Of a DNA stretch of 64,000 nt, positions 35,472 through 49,490 are shown one piece after another. The stretch covers positions 143,778,001 to 143,842,000 of the forward strand of contig OZ024743.1 in NCBI GenBank assembly GCA_964016885.1, written 5' to 3'. The notes under the pieces are model-generated. The model had not been told where the DNA came from. It saw only the letters and a program-made list of their open reading frames with translations, and made no database searches. The stretch comes from Eledone cirrhosa (Eukaryota). Position 1 is the first letter of the stretch; the number at the start of each line of letters is the position of its first letter. Made by a program: the position numbers and the translations under genes.

Positions 35472-36999
35472 TTAATGTGCTATGAATACGTATCACTATT
35501 GTGAAAAGTTTGGAAAGTTTTTTGTTAGAGAATAGAAGAAAATACTTTTTGCTGTTTGTTCTGGCTCTGTACGCTTTCAAATCCAGCTGAGAACAACATT
35601 GGCTTTCATTCTTTGGGAGAGGGGTGTTTGATAAAATATAACATCAGTCAAAGGTGGCAGAATTTCTAGAGTGCTGGATGGGATGCTTTTGGATATCTGT
35701 TCCTGCTCTGTGTGTTTTGAGTTTAAATCAGCCCCCTGTCATGAGAAAATGGATGAAATTATATTGCTGGGCTCCAGTCATGAAAATACACAAGAAATTT
35801 GTGAGATGCAACCTCATAGTAGGAAGCTAGCTAAACATAGGTAGGTGTGAGTTATAACAAGAACAATACATAACAACCATAATAATCAATGAAGATGAAC
35901 CAACAAGGAATTTTGTACATGGTTGCTCAACTTGTTAAAAATAGTCAAATCTCTCTATTTTACCTGTTGTTCTTAAAAGACAAAAACAACACATTGAAGA
36001 ATTCTGGATATACAACGCATCTGGCTGGTCATATTCTGTCAGTCACAAAGGCTGCTGAGTGTTGATAGGTTCCTGGATTGTTGTCTGTAATACAGGTTCA
36101 ATTCAGGCCAATCACCAGGCTTTGGTGCTGAGTGGGGGTGCTTCAGTATATTCTCATTTGCAATAATTCTAAGGTGGGGTTTTGAAAAAAGGCATCTCAC
36201 CATAAATTTTTTTAAATGTAAGGGTGCACTGTTAAAAAGGGTGTTGGTGGGTGATGGGGGAGGGGGCAGTGATGTCCAGTGTTCACCTTTGGCAATGAGC
36301 CTGGTTCAATTCCAGCTTACACTTTACTTCCTTTTTCCTGTGATATTTTTGCTCATAGTTGATTAAGCACTTCTGATCTTTCTCAGATCCTTTGCTAAAA
36401 ACTTCACCTTAGCCTTTCTCTTCAGAATTACAAGCCTTGGTACTTTTTCCTCATTTATACCTTTTTATTTAAACACCACTTTATAGATTGCACCCAATAA
36501 ACTCTGTAAAGTTATATTGCTGGTACCAGATAAAATGAATCCAATACATTTTTTAATTTAGGCACATGATGAGCAATTTTGGCAAGGAAGGATAAATTTA
36601 TTAATTCAACCTCAAAATTTGAGTGATATTTTGTTTTAGGATGAAAACAAGGATAAAAAGCAAAGTTGATCTCAAGGATGAAAGGCAAAGTTGACCTCAG
36701 CAGGTTTTGAAGTTGGAACATAAAGAACCAGAATATTGCAAATATGCCCTAACAATTCTGCCAATCCACCATCCATTTATAACACACACACACACACACA
36801 GACCTTCCTTCCAAATATTTAATCCATATTAAGAAATGACATCTCAGTTATGGCTATTTCAAGAAAAAAAATATTCTCTTGAAAGTTTTTGCTGGAATAT
36901 ATATTTTTTTCAGGCTAAGCAACCCATTACCAACATTATTATATATTCTTCACCATACTTACATTATTGCCAATGGTTTCATACACTTTTCTCTTCACA

Positions 37000-37260
37000 A
37001 CCATTGCCACCACCACCACCATCACCACCACCACCACCATCACTAATACCACTGTTGTCACCACCACCACCACCACCACCATCACTAATACCACTGTTGT
37101 CACCACCACCACCACCACCATTATCACTAATGCCACTGTTGTCACCACCACCACCATCACTAATGCCACTGTTGTCACCACCACCACCACCATCATCATC
37201 ACTAATGCCACTGTTCTCACCACTACCACTATTGTCACCATCACCACCACCACCACATCT
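37000..37260. repeat. (CAC)n-based minisatellite, ~33-45-bp units with ATCACTAATRCCACTGTTGT
   Basis: About five units visible. Confidence 0.9.
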
Positions 37261-38218
37261 GCTTTTTTCCTTCACCATCATTGAGCTTTCTCTTTTTCAC
37301 AATTTATTGGCTCTCCTTACATACCTTACCATTTTCCTACCACACAGATTCCTTTCAATGTCTCAATTCCAAACAGTGTGACAATTGAGAAACCTACCAT
37401 TTAATCAATACTGCAGCTGATTCTGCCAGATAATACATGGTATTCTTTGTTTTTATCTTTTTCTTTGGCAATGTTTATAATTTAGAAAGTTTTTAACCTT
37501 AGATTATAGTTCCATAGTAATACCTTGTTCCATTATAATATTCTGAATATATCCATTTATATTCATAATGCACAGTTTTCCTTTTTAATTTTCTTGTATA
37601 ATTATAGACTGATGTCTCAAATGATATCAAATGGATTGGATTTACTCTGAGTAGGAATTTTGGAGCTTTTTAATATTTGACTACTGCCTCTTTCTACTTT
37701 ACTGTTTGGGTTTTTATTGTTTTTTCTTGTTTATGTTTTTGTCCATTTCCACAAGATGGTGATGATATCTCTTCATGTCATTTCAGTCCAACTCTCAAAG
37801 TTCTTAGAAAAAATATTACATTGAGTTGATTTGCCACGAGGAGTGAAAAACCTAATATTTTGAACACTTGTCCCTCTTCAGGGGAGAAAGAATATATACA
37901 TAGATAGGGGAATGTCATATAAATTAGAAATGATTTGTTGTATCTGTTCTATTTATCATCACCCTCACCATCCCTATCACCATCATCATCCTCATCACCA
38001 CTACTGACATCATCATCATTCTCACACCCACAACCCTTTTTATCATCACGATGAGCACCACCACCACCTTCATCATCACTGCCACCACTTTCATCATCCC
38101 CATCTATTGACTACAGCTTACAATTGTATGCAGCACAGTGAAGGACTCTCCACATATCCCATACTAGCATCAGTATCCTTCATTCATAAGCAGTCATGTT
38201 GCCACTGACCTTTTTCAG

Positions 38219-38280
38219 TTTTGGAGAGACACTCACAGTTTTGGAGAGGCACTCAAAGTTTTGGAGAGACACTCACAGTT
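38219..38280. repeat. 3 x 20-bp tandem repeat TTTTGGAGAGACACTCACAG
   Basis: Direct reading. Confidence 0.85.
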
Positions 38281-38390
38281 CATTCTCTCATGGGTCAGTT
38301 TCTAGAAGATGATTTAACTCAGTGTGACTCATACAAGATGAGTACTCAGCAAACGGCAGCTACTTTCCAGCTATTTTGTAGATTGTAAAG

Positions 38391-38681
38391 GCATGGGGGG
38401 TTTAGTGGTTAGGGTGTTCAGCTCATGCTGTAAAATCATGGGTTTGAAACCTTGCGGCACATTGTGTCCTTGGGTAAGACATTTTTCATGTTGCTCCAGT
38501 CCATTCAGTTGGGAAAAATGAGTTGTACCTGTAATTCAATAGACCAGTCTTGTCACACAACTGTCACAGGATGAATCTCCCTGATAAATACATTATGGGT
38601 AAATATGCCTGTGGATTGCCTGGCCACTTGCACATTAATTTGGTGAGCAGACTGTTCCGTTGATCAAACAACTGGAACACC
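38391..38681 (+). mobile_element. Older tRNA-derived SINE with CORE-like segment
   Basis: TTAGTGGTTAGGGTG...GGGTTTGAAACC...GTGTCCTTGGGTAAGACA. The 3' part recurs at ~44540-44695. Confidence 0.65.
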
Positions 38682-39335
38682 TAAATTCAGAACCAGTTAG
38701 TCCAACACACTCCCTGCTCACCACCATCAGTACATAGTTAGCTACCCGCAGGTGTGAGACTCCTGACCCGGAATGGTTCTTCCAGTGCGGCTCCCTCACC
38801 ATCTTCCAAGGAAACACCTTCTCAATTCTGTCTACCAGGGCTGCAGGGCATCCAGCACATGGGCCTCCATTTGCTCACAATAGTCACAGATGAGGAGAGC
38901 GAGAGATACAGAGGCAGTGACAGTGGGAGTTTGGTCCTTTTATGTTCGAACCTAGTGTATTTATGTGTATATATAAGAGAGAATCAGTCTAAAAGTTGTT
39001 TCTTGCATATGTTTACTAACTACACAGTAAGGTGATGTTACTGTTTATAAATGTTTTGTAGAGCTGAAATTTTTTTTTCCGTCAGAATATGAAGAAATTA
39101 CAAGTGAGAGATATGAGGCACTTTAATCATTTAATTTTGGATTTATTGACTATAAATAGTAAATCATAACAGCCATCTTCAAGAAGACATTTAACTTAAT
39201 TCCTTTTTCAATAAGAGATTTTGACTAGAGAAGTTTTTCATTTGCTGGCTTGTTAAACTTATGTTTAATCTTTCTACATCTCTTTTCTTTACCATCTATG
39301 TTAAATGTATAAATGTGTGCTTATATACATATATA

Positions 39336-39676
39336 TCATTTCATCATCATTTCATTTTACGTCCACTTTTCCCTGCTTGCAAGGGTGGGACGGGAACTGA
39401 TTCTGGCTTGATTTCTAAAGCTGGATGCCCTTCCTAACACCAACCTCATTTACAGTGAGTGCAGGGTGCTTTTTTTCCGTGGCACCTCCACGACAAACTT
39501 TACAGTGGAATAATAGGGACCGCAGTCTCTATCATCTCATTTCTACAGCTGAGTAAACTGGAGCAATGTGAAATAAAGTGTCTTGTTCAAGGAAACAACA
39601 CATCACCCGGTCTGAGAATTGAACTCACAACCTTTCGATTGCAAGGCCAATGCTCTAACCACTAAGCCATGTGCCT
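39336..39676 (-). mobile_element. Full-length tRNA-derived SINE with CORE-like segment and RTE-type tail
   Basis: Minus strand GGCACATGGCTTAGTGGTTAGAGCA...GAGTTCAATTCTC...CCTTGAACAAGACACTT...GGACGTAAAATG. Confidence 0.88.
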
Positions 39677-39921
39677 CTATATATATATTCATTAGTTAAG
39701 CAAAACAAGACCACAAATTTCACAAGGAAGACATTATTAAAAGATTGTCAACATATTTAGTTTGATGTAAGGAATGTAGAGAATAATAATAATAATAATA
39801 TTAATAATAATAATGCCCGTTTACAATTGTTTCGTAATATATTTCTGGATCAGATGACTATGTATCATAATTGATCTGGTTCAGTTGAAATATATATATA
39901 TAATGTGTGTGTGTGTATATA

Positions 39922-41592
39922 TGATCATGATCATCATCATCATCGTTTAACGTACATTTTCCACGCTAGCATGGGTCTGGACGGGAATTGTCCCACTTGA
40001 GGCAAGATTGGTTGTCTTGCTTAGGACTGTCTGGCGGGTTTTCTACGGCTGGATGCCCTTCCTAACACCAACCACATTTACAGTGTGGGACTGGGAGGTT
40101 TTTACCGTGTTACCTACACGGCCACATTATAGCGTGGACTGTGTGTTTTTTTTGTCGTGACACCTACATGACCTCATTTATTTAGGACTAGATGTTGTGG
40201 TACCAACATAGCTTTACATCGAAAGGGGTCGTGTAGATGGCGGTGGGGTAGGGTTAGTGGGATGGGGTGTATTTTGGTTAAGAGGTGCCTACTGACTGTA
40301 GGTTTCGCTCTGTACTTAGGCAAGGCGGGTCTTCTGTATTACTACGTAACACCAAAGCTCTCGGTCCAGTGACATTGTCTTGGAGAGGTGTGAGGTCGGA
40401 TTTTATCAAGTCGTCCCAGGTTTTTCTGGGTCTGCCTACTCCGTAGCTACCGTCTATTTTGATCGCCCTGCACTTTTTTATACAGCTGTCATCTTTCATG
40501 CGCATCACGTGACCATACCAATGTAGTCTTCTCTCGAGTAAACAACATCTGATCCCTCTTATTCCTAATTTCTCACTTACTTCATTTATGCTTTGCCGTT
40601 TGCATATATTACTATTACACATCCAACAGAGCCTGCAAGCTTCGTTCCTCTCCAGTCTGCGTATATCCTCTGCACACAATGCCCAGGTCTCACTGCCATG
40701 TAACATCGCTGTTCGTATGCAGGCATCATACAGCCTGCCTTTTATTTTTAGAGAGAAACCTTTAGCGGCCAATAGTGGTATAAGCTCTCTGAACTTATTC
40801 CATCCCGTTCGGACTCTAGCTACAGTACTTTCTTTCGGAGCACCCTCCACCACTGCTGATTTTGTCACTCAGGTAACGGAAGGTGTCCACTATTTCTATA
40901 GAACCATCTGGGCAATGGAATCAGCTAGTATTCTGTGGGCATTTGCTGCTATTTATTGCACCAGAGCACTGGCCACATATAAAATCTATATTCTTAGTTA
41001 TCTTACCTGTGATCCCACTACATCTTTTATGCACCCATACTTTGCATTTGGGACATAAAATGGAGTTTCTTTACTACACACTGAGCTTGGCCATTTCCCA
41101 GATGGGACCAGTGCCCTATTCTCCTTCCTACATATTAGGACTTTAGTCTTAGACAAGTTAACTTTAAGGCCTTTTGATTCTAGGCCATGCTTCCATGTTT
41201 GGAATTTCTTCTCTAGCTCAGCCATTGATTCGGCTATGAGCGTTAGATCATCTGCGTATAGAAGTTCCCATGGGCATAGAAGTTCCCATGGGCAGCCGGT
41301 CTTGAACTCCTCCGTTATAGCTTGGAGGGTGATAATAAATAGGAGGGGGCTAAGGACGGAGCCCTGATAAATACCAACTTTTATGCTAAAATCTTCACTA
41401 TATTCGTTGTTAATTCTAACCTTGCTGACTGTTTCTTTATACATGGCTTGTATAGCTCTCACAAGCCATTCATCAACACCTAGTTTTCTAAGAGCCCACC
41501 AGATAATGCAGCGGGGGACTCTATCAAAGGCTTTTTCCAGGTCTACAAAAGCTAAGTAGAGGGGTTTACTTTTAGCTAGGTACTTCTCTTGT
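39922..41592 (-). pseudogene. Older RTE family A copy with frameshifts and an 18-bp duplication (CPWELL x2)
   Basis: ORFs 40278..40868 and 40998..41462. 3' UTR homologous to 20795-21190. Confidence 0.92.
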
Positions 41593-41618
41593 ATACATAT
41601 TATTATATATATATAAAC

Positions 41619-42323
41619 TGTTGCGGGGTACGAAACTCAGAATTTGTCGACCCATATTCTTGGCTACATCGCTCGCCTGCTCTTCTGTGAAATGTAATGT
41701 ACGAATTCCTATTTTCACGTCTCTCCATGTTTACCTGGTCCATTCATTTATCTGTATCATATCGTCCAGAATACAACCTTTTCTTTTTCAATGCTATTCG
41801 ATAATTCTGTCTGATTGTTCAAAATAATCTTCTTGTATTTTAAAATCCCATAATTCTTCCCTTATTACAGTTATATGCTCGTTCAATTATGGCCAAAATT
41901 TTGTGGATTTTATTTTATAACCTCGCTAACTACCCTAGTTATATGCTCGTCCAATTATGGCAAAAGATTTGTGGATTTTATTCTATAAACTTCTCTTGAT
42001 TTTTATTTTTATAGAATAACCTCCTTGCTCATATGGTCGAAATTCTAGGATTTTATAAAATAACCTTCCTGCTCCCTACTACCCGCCCCCCCCCCATACA
42101 TTGTATACATGCCTGCTGGCTCTCTCTCAATCCCATCCCCTCTCTCTTCAAACATAAGATCGCTCGTTTGCTCTTCTGTGAAATGTAATGTACGAATTCC
42201 TATTTTCTCGTCTCTCCATGTTTACCCGGTCCATTCATCTATCTGTATCATATCGTCCAGAATACAACCTTTTCTTTTTCAATGCTATTCGATAATTCTG
42301 TCTGATCGTTCAAAATAATCTTC
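41619..42323. repeat. Unclassified element with ~165-bp direct repeats (41668-41832 / 42159-42323)
   Basis: Duplicated sequence and duplicated short ORFs. Confidence 0.75.
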
Positions 42324-42548
42324 CACGCTGTAATGTGGCCGTGTAGGTAACACGGTAAAAAGTTCCCAGTTCCACACTGTAAATGTGGTTGGTGTTAGGA
42401 AGGGCATCCAGCCTTAGAAAACCTGCCAGATAGTCATATACTAGCGAGACATGGTCACCCGACTAACCTTGCCTCAAGTGAGACAACTCCCGTCTAACCC
42501 ATGCTAGCGTGGAAAATGGACATTAAACGAAGATGATGATGATGATGA
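42323..42548 (+). mobile_element. RTE-A 3' UTR-like or SINE fragment with (GAT)n tail
   Basis: Matches 20973-21190. Confidence 0.8.
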
Positions 42549-42769
42549 TATATATATATATATCATCATCATCACTGTTTAACATCCATTTTCCATGCTA
42601 GCATGGATTAGACGATATATATATATACACCCACATACACATGTATATATATATGATGGCTGATTGAATACGCACGTGTGCTTTTTTCTCCCCAATTTTT
42701 TTGTCATTTTTCCTGTTCCTTCCTCTCTTCACTCTTTACTTTCTATTTAACTTCTATTTCTAACTCTAT

Positions 42770-42803
42770 CTTCTGATGAAGGACTAGTGTCCGAAACATG
42801 AAG
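42770..42803 (+). ncRNA. Degenerate minimal hammerhead motif
   Basis: ctt-CTGATGA-a-ggac(tagt)gtcc-GAAA-catg-aag. Cleavage-site region is non-canonical. Confidence 0.5.
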
Positions 42804-42950
42804 TCTCTCTTCCGGCTATTTCAAGTATTAAATTAACATATTTCTTCCATGTACTGTGCTGTTTGTTTGGTTATTTTTGTTATTACTTTCACATACACAC
42901 ACACATACACACACACACATATATATATTTTTATACATGCGAAATGTTTG

Positions 42951-42992
<42 letters not shown>

Positions 42993-44769
42993 CAAACATT
43001 TCGCATGTATAAAAATGTATCGGTTATGTTTATCATAATAATCTTAACTGCTCTCTCTCTCCCCCTCTCTCTCTCTCTCACACACACACATTTCTTCTTC
43101 CTCTGTACCATTCCTTCTCTTCTGGCTCATTTCAAACTGCAAGCATTTTACCTATCTTCTCTTTACTCATTCCTTTCATTTATCATTTTTCTCTCCTCTC
43201 TCTCTCCCCCTCTGTCTCTCATTTCCTTTTCCTCCAGTGCTCTGCTGTTGTCATAACAAATGGTCTCTCTTTCTATAGACAATTTATTATGCATCAAAAG
43301 TTATTTCATTAACCCAAAAAGTGAATATACGGTTATACATATGTATATAATAATGCATGGTTGTGCAGAGGGCATACATGTGTACTATCATACACACACT
43401 TACACATGCGTGCACACACACACATACACACACATGAAGAATGGTTTCATTTTTGAAACAATCCAGATAGGTAAGTTGTGATTTCGTTAATTTATTTCGC
43501 TAATATCTAATTACGTGGTTAGATTTGTTTTTATACATGTATGTTCGTGTATATATTGTTTAATCTTAATTATGTTTTACATTCATGTGTAGATATTATA
43601 TTTATTTTGTGTTAATAATGACATTGAGAATTATAACTTTTGTATCAACTTTTGTTATCGTATTCTCTGATATCATATTTATATTTTTCACCATAAATTT
43701 ATTTTGCTTATTTCTTAAGTAGATTGCGTAATTATTATTTTGGTTTTTAGGTTGTGGAGTAGGAACTAGATTTCTGGTGTTCTTAATATTGTATTTGCTT
43801 CACTTATTTCTTTAATAGCTTGGTATTTTCTTGATTATTAATTTGGTTTTTATGTTATGTTGTGAGAACTAGGTTTCTTGATGCACAGCATCATGTCATC
43901 TTAGTGGACAGTTTGAGGGTTTAAGGAGAGGGTGGAGGAAGGCCTATTACATAATGAGGTTGTAGTCACTGCAGATCATAATAACTTTGGATTTATTATA
44001 TAGAAACTATGTAATATGACAACTGCAGCTTGATAATGTCTTTTCCATTAAGGTCTGGTTGTGTAATCTGTGTCTGGGAGAATGGGCGGTCTGCATATGA
44101 TTTGATGAGTACGGTTTGTTAAGCAGAAATCATGAGTAGAGGTTGGTGTTCAATTTAGGGTTTGCTGAGGGTGAGTAGACTAATTGGAGCAATAATGGTC
44201 TTATTAGTGTATATATACGCTCTCAGACATATTAATTAACTTTCAATTAGTGATTTTTTGTTGTTGCTAGGTCTGTAGATCTGTTGCTAGGTCTTGCAGG
44301 CTTGCTGAAACTGATGAGATTGATGGTTGTGTAGTGGTGTGTTGTGGTGACAGTGATGTTGATCAGGTGAGCCTGTGATAGAGGTGACATTTTGGTAGTG
44401 CTGGTGGTATTGTGTATTGCATTGATGTGGTGTGGCAGTGGTGGTGGATTGTTTTTTTTAATTATTATTTGCTCGATCTGATGTGCACATGATCATTGCA
44501 GATCCTCCAAGACTGATGAGATTTAAACCTGTCAAATGAACTTGTACCAGTAATTTAAAGGACCAGCCTTGTCTCACACTGTTATTCTGAATCTCCTTGA
44601 AAATTATTTTATGGGGTACACGTACCTGTGGAATATTTAGCCACATGTTATATTTCATGAGCAAGCTGTTCCATTCATTGATCAACTGGAACACATAGTG
44701 TAGCCAACAGAGGTCCATTGTATCATATTGTATGTTGTATGACTGTACACTAGTAGCTGACACTCTGAA

Positions 44770-45480
44770 TGTTCCATGGACCATAATCTTGGCATCTATT
44801 CCAGCTTATAAAAGAATGGACCTGACAGTGAACATCCAGAAAAACTGAGGTCATCTGTAAATGGCCATTGCACCATCCTCTCTCCTCTCCCTACTCTTCT
44901 AAGTACAATAACAACAACAAGCTACACCCCCCTAATTCAGCATAATTTCCAATAGTTGTACACTGGATAAGGACATATCCATTTCAGTATTGATACTAAA
45001 GTCCTTGTCTTCTGGGCTGTCTGTTTTTCCATTCTCCTGTTCAAGACATGGTCAGTACATTAAGATCCTGGAGGCCTTTAACTCCTGTGTTTCCAGAAAA
45101 TCTTTTCAGTTACCTAGTGTAAAATAATAATATACACATACAGAAATCTTTAATCAAACCAATACTAGCAAGCATTTAATCTTTGCTATGCAGGTATCAA
45201 TTAAGATGGCTCAGAGATATAATCTAAGTCACGTCTTCCCCACACAATTCTCTATTGCCAGCTGCATGATGATCAATGACTAGTTACAGGACAAAAGAAG
45301 CAGTTCAAAGACTAGCTGAAAACTATTTTGAAGAGAATCAACATCAAACTTTCAAAAGCGGAAAACATTGCTACTCACTTCATTTTGGCAGCCTCACTGG
45401 TGGCAGGGAATTAAAAATATGGAGAAGAAATATATTCAGCACTAACCAAAGAAGTGAAAAATATTGGAATAAGATGAAAT
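44770..45480 (+). pseudogene. Ancient, highly degraded RTE-like LINE fragment
   Basis: Manual translation gives AYKRMDLTVNIQK and RLPHTILYCQL...GQKKQFKD*LKTILKR, typical of the RTE ORF2 C-terminus. Confidence 0.55.
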
Positions 45481-45532
45481 GAAATGAAATGGACCTCCAG
45501 TGGTTTTGACAATAAGTGTTCCAGTTGTTTAA

Positions 45533-45711
45533 CCCTTTAATGTTCAAACCGGCCAAAACCGGCCAGAATTCTCTACATCTTTCTGTTGAAACTGGCTGTA
45601 ACTGGTTGCTCAAACTGATGTTAAGGTATTGTTCTCAAAATATGTGAGATAATTATGCGAGGTAAAGCCTTTACCATGAAAATATAATAGAGTAATGAGA
45701 ATGCTAAAGGG
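45533..45711. mobile_element. piggyBac-like MITE
   Basis: TTAA-CCCTTTA...TAAAGGG-TTAA; reverse-oriented relative of 35252-35471. Confidence 0.78.
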
Positions 45712-46010
45712 TTAATCAATGATAGAACCTGTTTATGAAATTAATGTGTAAGTGGCTGAGAATTCCACTCAGCCACTTACACATTAATTTCATAAACATA
45801 CTCATGTACTCTTAGTATGATCCTCTGGGAGATTCTGCATGATACTGAGTGACAAGGCTAGCCCTTTGAATTACAAGTACTATCCACCTGAAAGGTTTCC
45901 AAACAGTTTCTGTCTACCAAAGTTTACTCAAAAGGTAAAGGTTGACCTGAAGCTATGGTAAATGACACTTACCCAAGATGTTATGTTGTGAGATGGCACC
46001 TGGGACTTAA

Positions 46011-46219
46011 CCCTTTAGCATGTAAATCGGCTGAATCTGGCCGGAATTTTCTCACCTCTTTCTGTTCAAACCAGCCATAACATGCCACTCATACCGATGT
46101 TAAGGTATCGTTCTCAAAATAAATAACATCAAAATCTCATAGATTAAATATTATGTGAGATAATTATGTGAGGTAAAGCCTTTACTGTGAAAATATAGAG
46201 TAATGTAAATGTTAAAGGG
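46011..46219. mobile_element. piggyBac-like MITE
   Basis: TTAA-CCCTTTAGCA...TGTTAAAGGG-TTAA. Confidence 0.8.
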
Positions 46220-47021
46220 TTAATGTTTGTGACGTGACCTTCTCAATCATTTGGCTGTCCACAACAAAATATTTACATGTCATGTCTGAAATCAAAACCA
46301 TACATCTGGGATTGTTATTTAAGATACATTGAAATATTAGTACAAGGTCATATATTTTTAAGGAGAGTTGTAATCAATTAATTATATGGACCCCAGTACT
46401 TGACTAATATGTATTTTATTGACTGAGGAAGGATGAAAGACAAAGGTCAACTGTGAAATTTAATCTTTTAGGGAAATGAATTTCGCAACCATTTAGTGTT
46501 AAAGAGTTGACATGAATGGCATCTGATCACAAAATGCTGCTTTAAAAAGTCTTGTGCAACCCATGGCATAAAAAAGTGGATCTAAAAATGATGATGAAAG
46601 CAAAGCTAAGAGAATTCCTCTTGATAAAAAATAGATGTATTGGAATTATAAAACATTTTATGGTGTTGTGGAGATTTTGTTGTGTAAATATTGTAGTTGT
46701 TATATTGTTGCATAAACTAAATAAATTAATTATAACAACATGAATTATATTGACAAACAAAGGCAATATTTGTACTTTACATTTTGGTTTTCAGACTTTC
46801 ATTGTTGTATTCTCTGTAGTGTCTGTATATGTATGCTTGAGTGTGTGCATGTGTGTGTATATGTGTATATGCATATGCATGAGTATTTGTTTGTGTTAGA
46901 GTGCATCTGAGCAAGCACATGTATATTTGTGTGTGTGTGTGTGTGTGTGTGCGTGTGTACATGAATATTTGTGTTTGCATGTTTGTGGGCATGTGTTTGT
47001 TTGTGCGAGTGTGCATGCATA

Positions 47022-47054
<33 letters not shown>

Positions 47055-49339
47055 ATGTATAACTGTATGAATGTATGTACTTATTCTGAATCAAAATCTC
47101 ATTAATACTGCTGCATAAACTGGGAGATTCTAATTATTTTGTTGCAACAAAATGGCTTCTCTCTATCTGTCTCTCTCCCTCTCTATCTGCTTATCTCTCT
47201 CTCTCTCATATCTGTACATATTAAATCAGATACTCCCCTCATTCTCCCACTCCTCCCTATCTCTCTGTTCTCTTACATAACCCCTTTCTTGATTGTATGA
47301 AACTGACATAAAATAGCTAATGTTTTGTAGACATCCTGCTTGTGGATATATGTGGCTCACTTTCTTAGCAATGGTTCTTATTGTGTTTCCAATTTATTTC
47401 CTTTCTTATTAGATAAAAAAAGGAAAGCAGCCGGCTATCAGATTGGTTTTTCCATTGCCAATACTTTCTGCTGGGCACAACTTCTAACAAGGAGGAGCAA
47501 CATGAAATAATGTATGATCACAATGTGTTGCTTGTTTCAGGAATCAAAATAATCCAACTCTCAAAGCACTAAGTTAAGCACCTTCAGAAAAATAGGGCAG
47601 AATCAATGGTGTTGGCAGTATTTCATTACAAGGTGCAGGATTGGTAGAATTTGTGGTATTTGTTCTGGCTCTTTCCACTCTGAATTCAAGTCCTTCTACC
47701 ATCAACTTTGCCTTTTATCTTGTCAGGAATGGATCTAACGATCTTTTTAGTGCACCCTGAACACTCTGTAAAGTGGTTGGTGTTAGGAAGAGCATCCTGT
47801 CATAGAGACCATGCGAGAAAGTGTTGAGAGGATTCTTCAACTGTGTCAAAGACATGACAACCTCCCTATTATTGGTACCACGATAAAATGTAAATTGGTT
47901 GGCATTAGGAAAGACATCGAGCTGTAGAAATCATGTGAAAACTGGAATGTATCTTAGTGGCCAATCTAGGAGGACATTAGCTCCAATTAAGTGGTCTGTA
48001 ATAATCTGTCTAACCATGGAAAAATATGATGATGATCATCATCAACATGATGCCTTACATTCTCAGATTAGTGTTAGATTTTTGGATGAGATGTGTTCTG
48101 AGTTCAGTTCATGTCAACTTTACTTTTCATTCTTTTGGGGTTGATAAAGTTTTGTATCAATTAAGTGCAGTGGATTGGCAGAATTGTAAGAGCATTAAAC
48201 GAGATGCATTAGGGTATTTGTTCAGGCTCTTTGCATTCCGAGTTAGAATTTCAGTGGGGCCTACTTGGGTGGTAGATTTAATTTGTTGCTCACTTTAATG
48301 CTACTACCTGGACTATGAGTGTCTTTATCAGAGTTCACTCTATTGCAAGTATTCAGGCTTAGTCTCTGGTTGGAGGACACCTTTCTAACTTCCTCCTACA
48401 AATCTTAGAAAAACAGTTTAATCTCAGAATTTGATAACACATTTATTCCATGTAAGCAAGAAAATAGATGTTAAACTGTGATGATGATGATAACTAAATA
48501 TTTATTTTTCAAGAGACCTATTTTCTACTTTCCATATTGCCTATTTTTGTTCTTCATGATATATCTAGAGGGGGATTGAAAATATAACTAGTTACCCCAG
48601 TGTATTGTAATTGAAATGTAAATAGTTTGTTTGGAATGTTCCTCTGTTTGCACACCCACTATATGAAATACCTTCATAGCAATTAAGTATTTACTCCACT
48701 TTTATAATAGTGATCAAGGTCATTTTCCTGTTTCACTTCTTATTTGAGTTACGTGTTCCCCCACTACAACTCTATCTTATCTCATGTGAATTTTTCTTTC
48801 ATCAATTATTTAACTTCTCATTCTGCAGTGCTTTCTTATAAGAACAAAGCTTTTTTTCTTTCTCTAAAGAATCTTTTTGACCAATCATTTGTCTGGTTAA
48901 GAGGTTTGTTTTGGGACTACATGGTTTTAGGTTGTCATATTGTGTGGCACCTTAGGCAAGTGTCTTCTATAGTTTTGGTCCAACTAATGTTCTCTGGGTG
49001 AATTTGATAGTTGGAAGCTGTGAGGAAGATCATCGTATATGTGTGAGTATGTTTGTGTGTGTGTGTGTATATGTGCACGTGTCAGTCACCACAGATGTCT
49101 TATAGACACCATTTTAAAGCAAGTGGTGATGTTTGTTTATCTCCACCATAAACAATATATCTTGTAGTGTAGCAGTTTGACAGACGTCATTGGTATATAA
49201 AAAAGGATAAAGATCCCACAACTCCTTGTAGAATTGTAGAGGCACCATCATACGGCGTGTCTAGGGCACTTTTAAACCTGGCGGAGCCCAACCCTCTCCA
49301 GGTCTGAACACAGCTGATTTTTTCTGTAGAGGAAGACTC

Positions 49340-49490
49340 AACCCCAGTACTAGACTGGTACTTTATTTTTATTGACCTTGAAAGGATGAAATGCAAAGTT
49401 GACCACGGCGGGATTTGAACTCAGAGCGTGCAATGAGGTGGGACAAATACCGTAAAGTAATCTATTCGACGTTTTAACAACTCTGCCAAT
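49340..49490 (-). mobile_element. OK-type SINE copy (further decayed copies near 35500-35730, 36600-36770, 46390, 47640, 48090-48250, 50020-50270)
   Basis: ACTGGTACTTTATTTT...AAGGATGAAATGCAAAGTTGACCACGGCGGGATTTGAACTCAGA. Confidence 0.75.

Noticed and set aside
36836-37381. Proline-, threonine- or glycine-rich proteins
   Set aside because: Open in many frames because of a (CAC)n minisatellite; no gene evidence.
37000-38280. CRISPR-like repeat-spacer arrays
   Set aside because: These are simple tandem repeats without unique spacers, in a eukaryotic context with no cas genes.
39600-39676. tRNA gene
   Set aside because: The A/B boxes belong to a multi-copy SINE head and no complete cloverleaf is supported.
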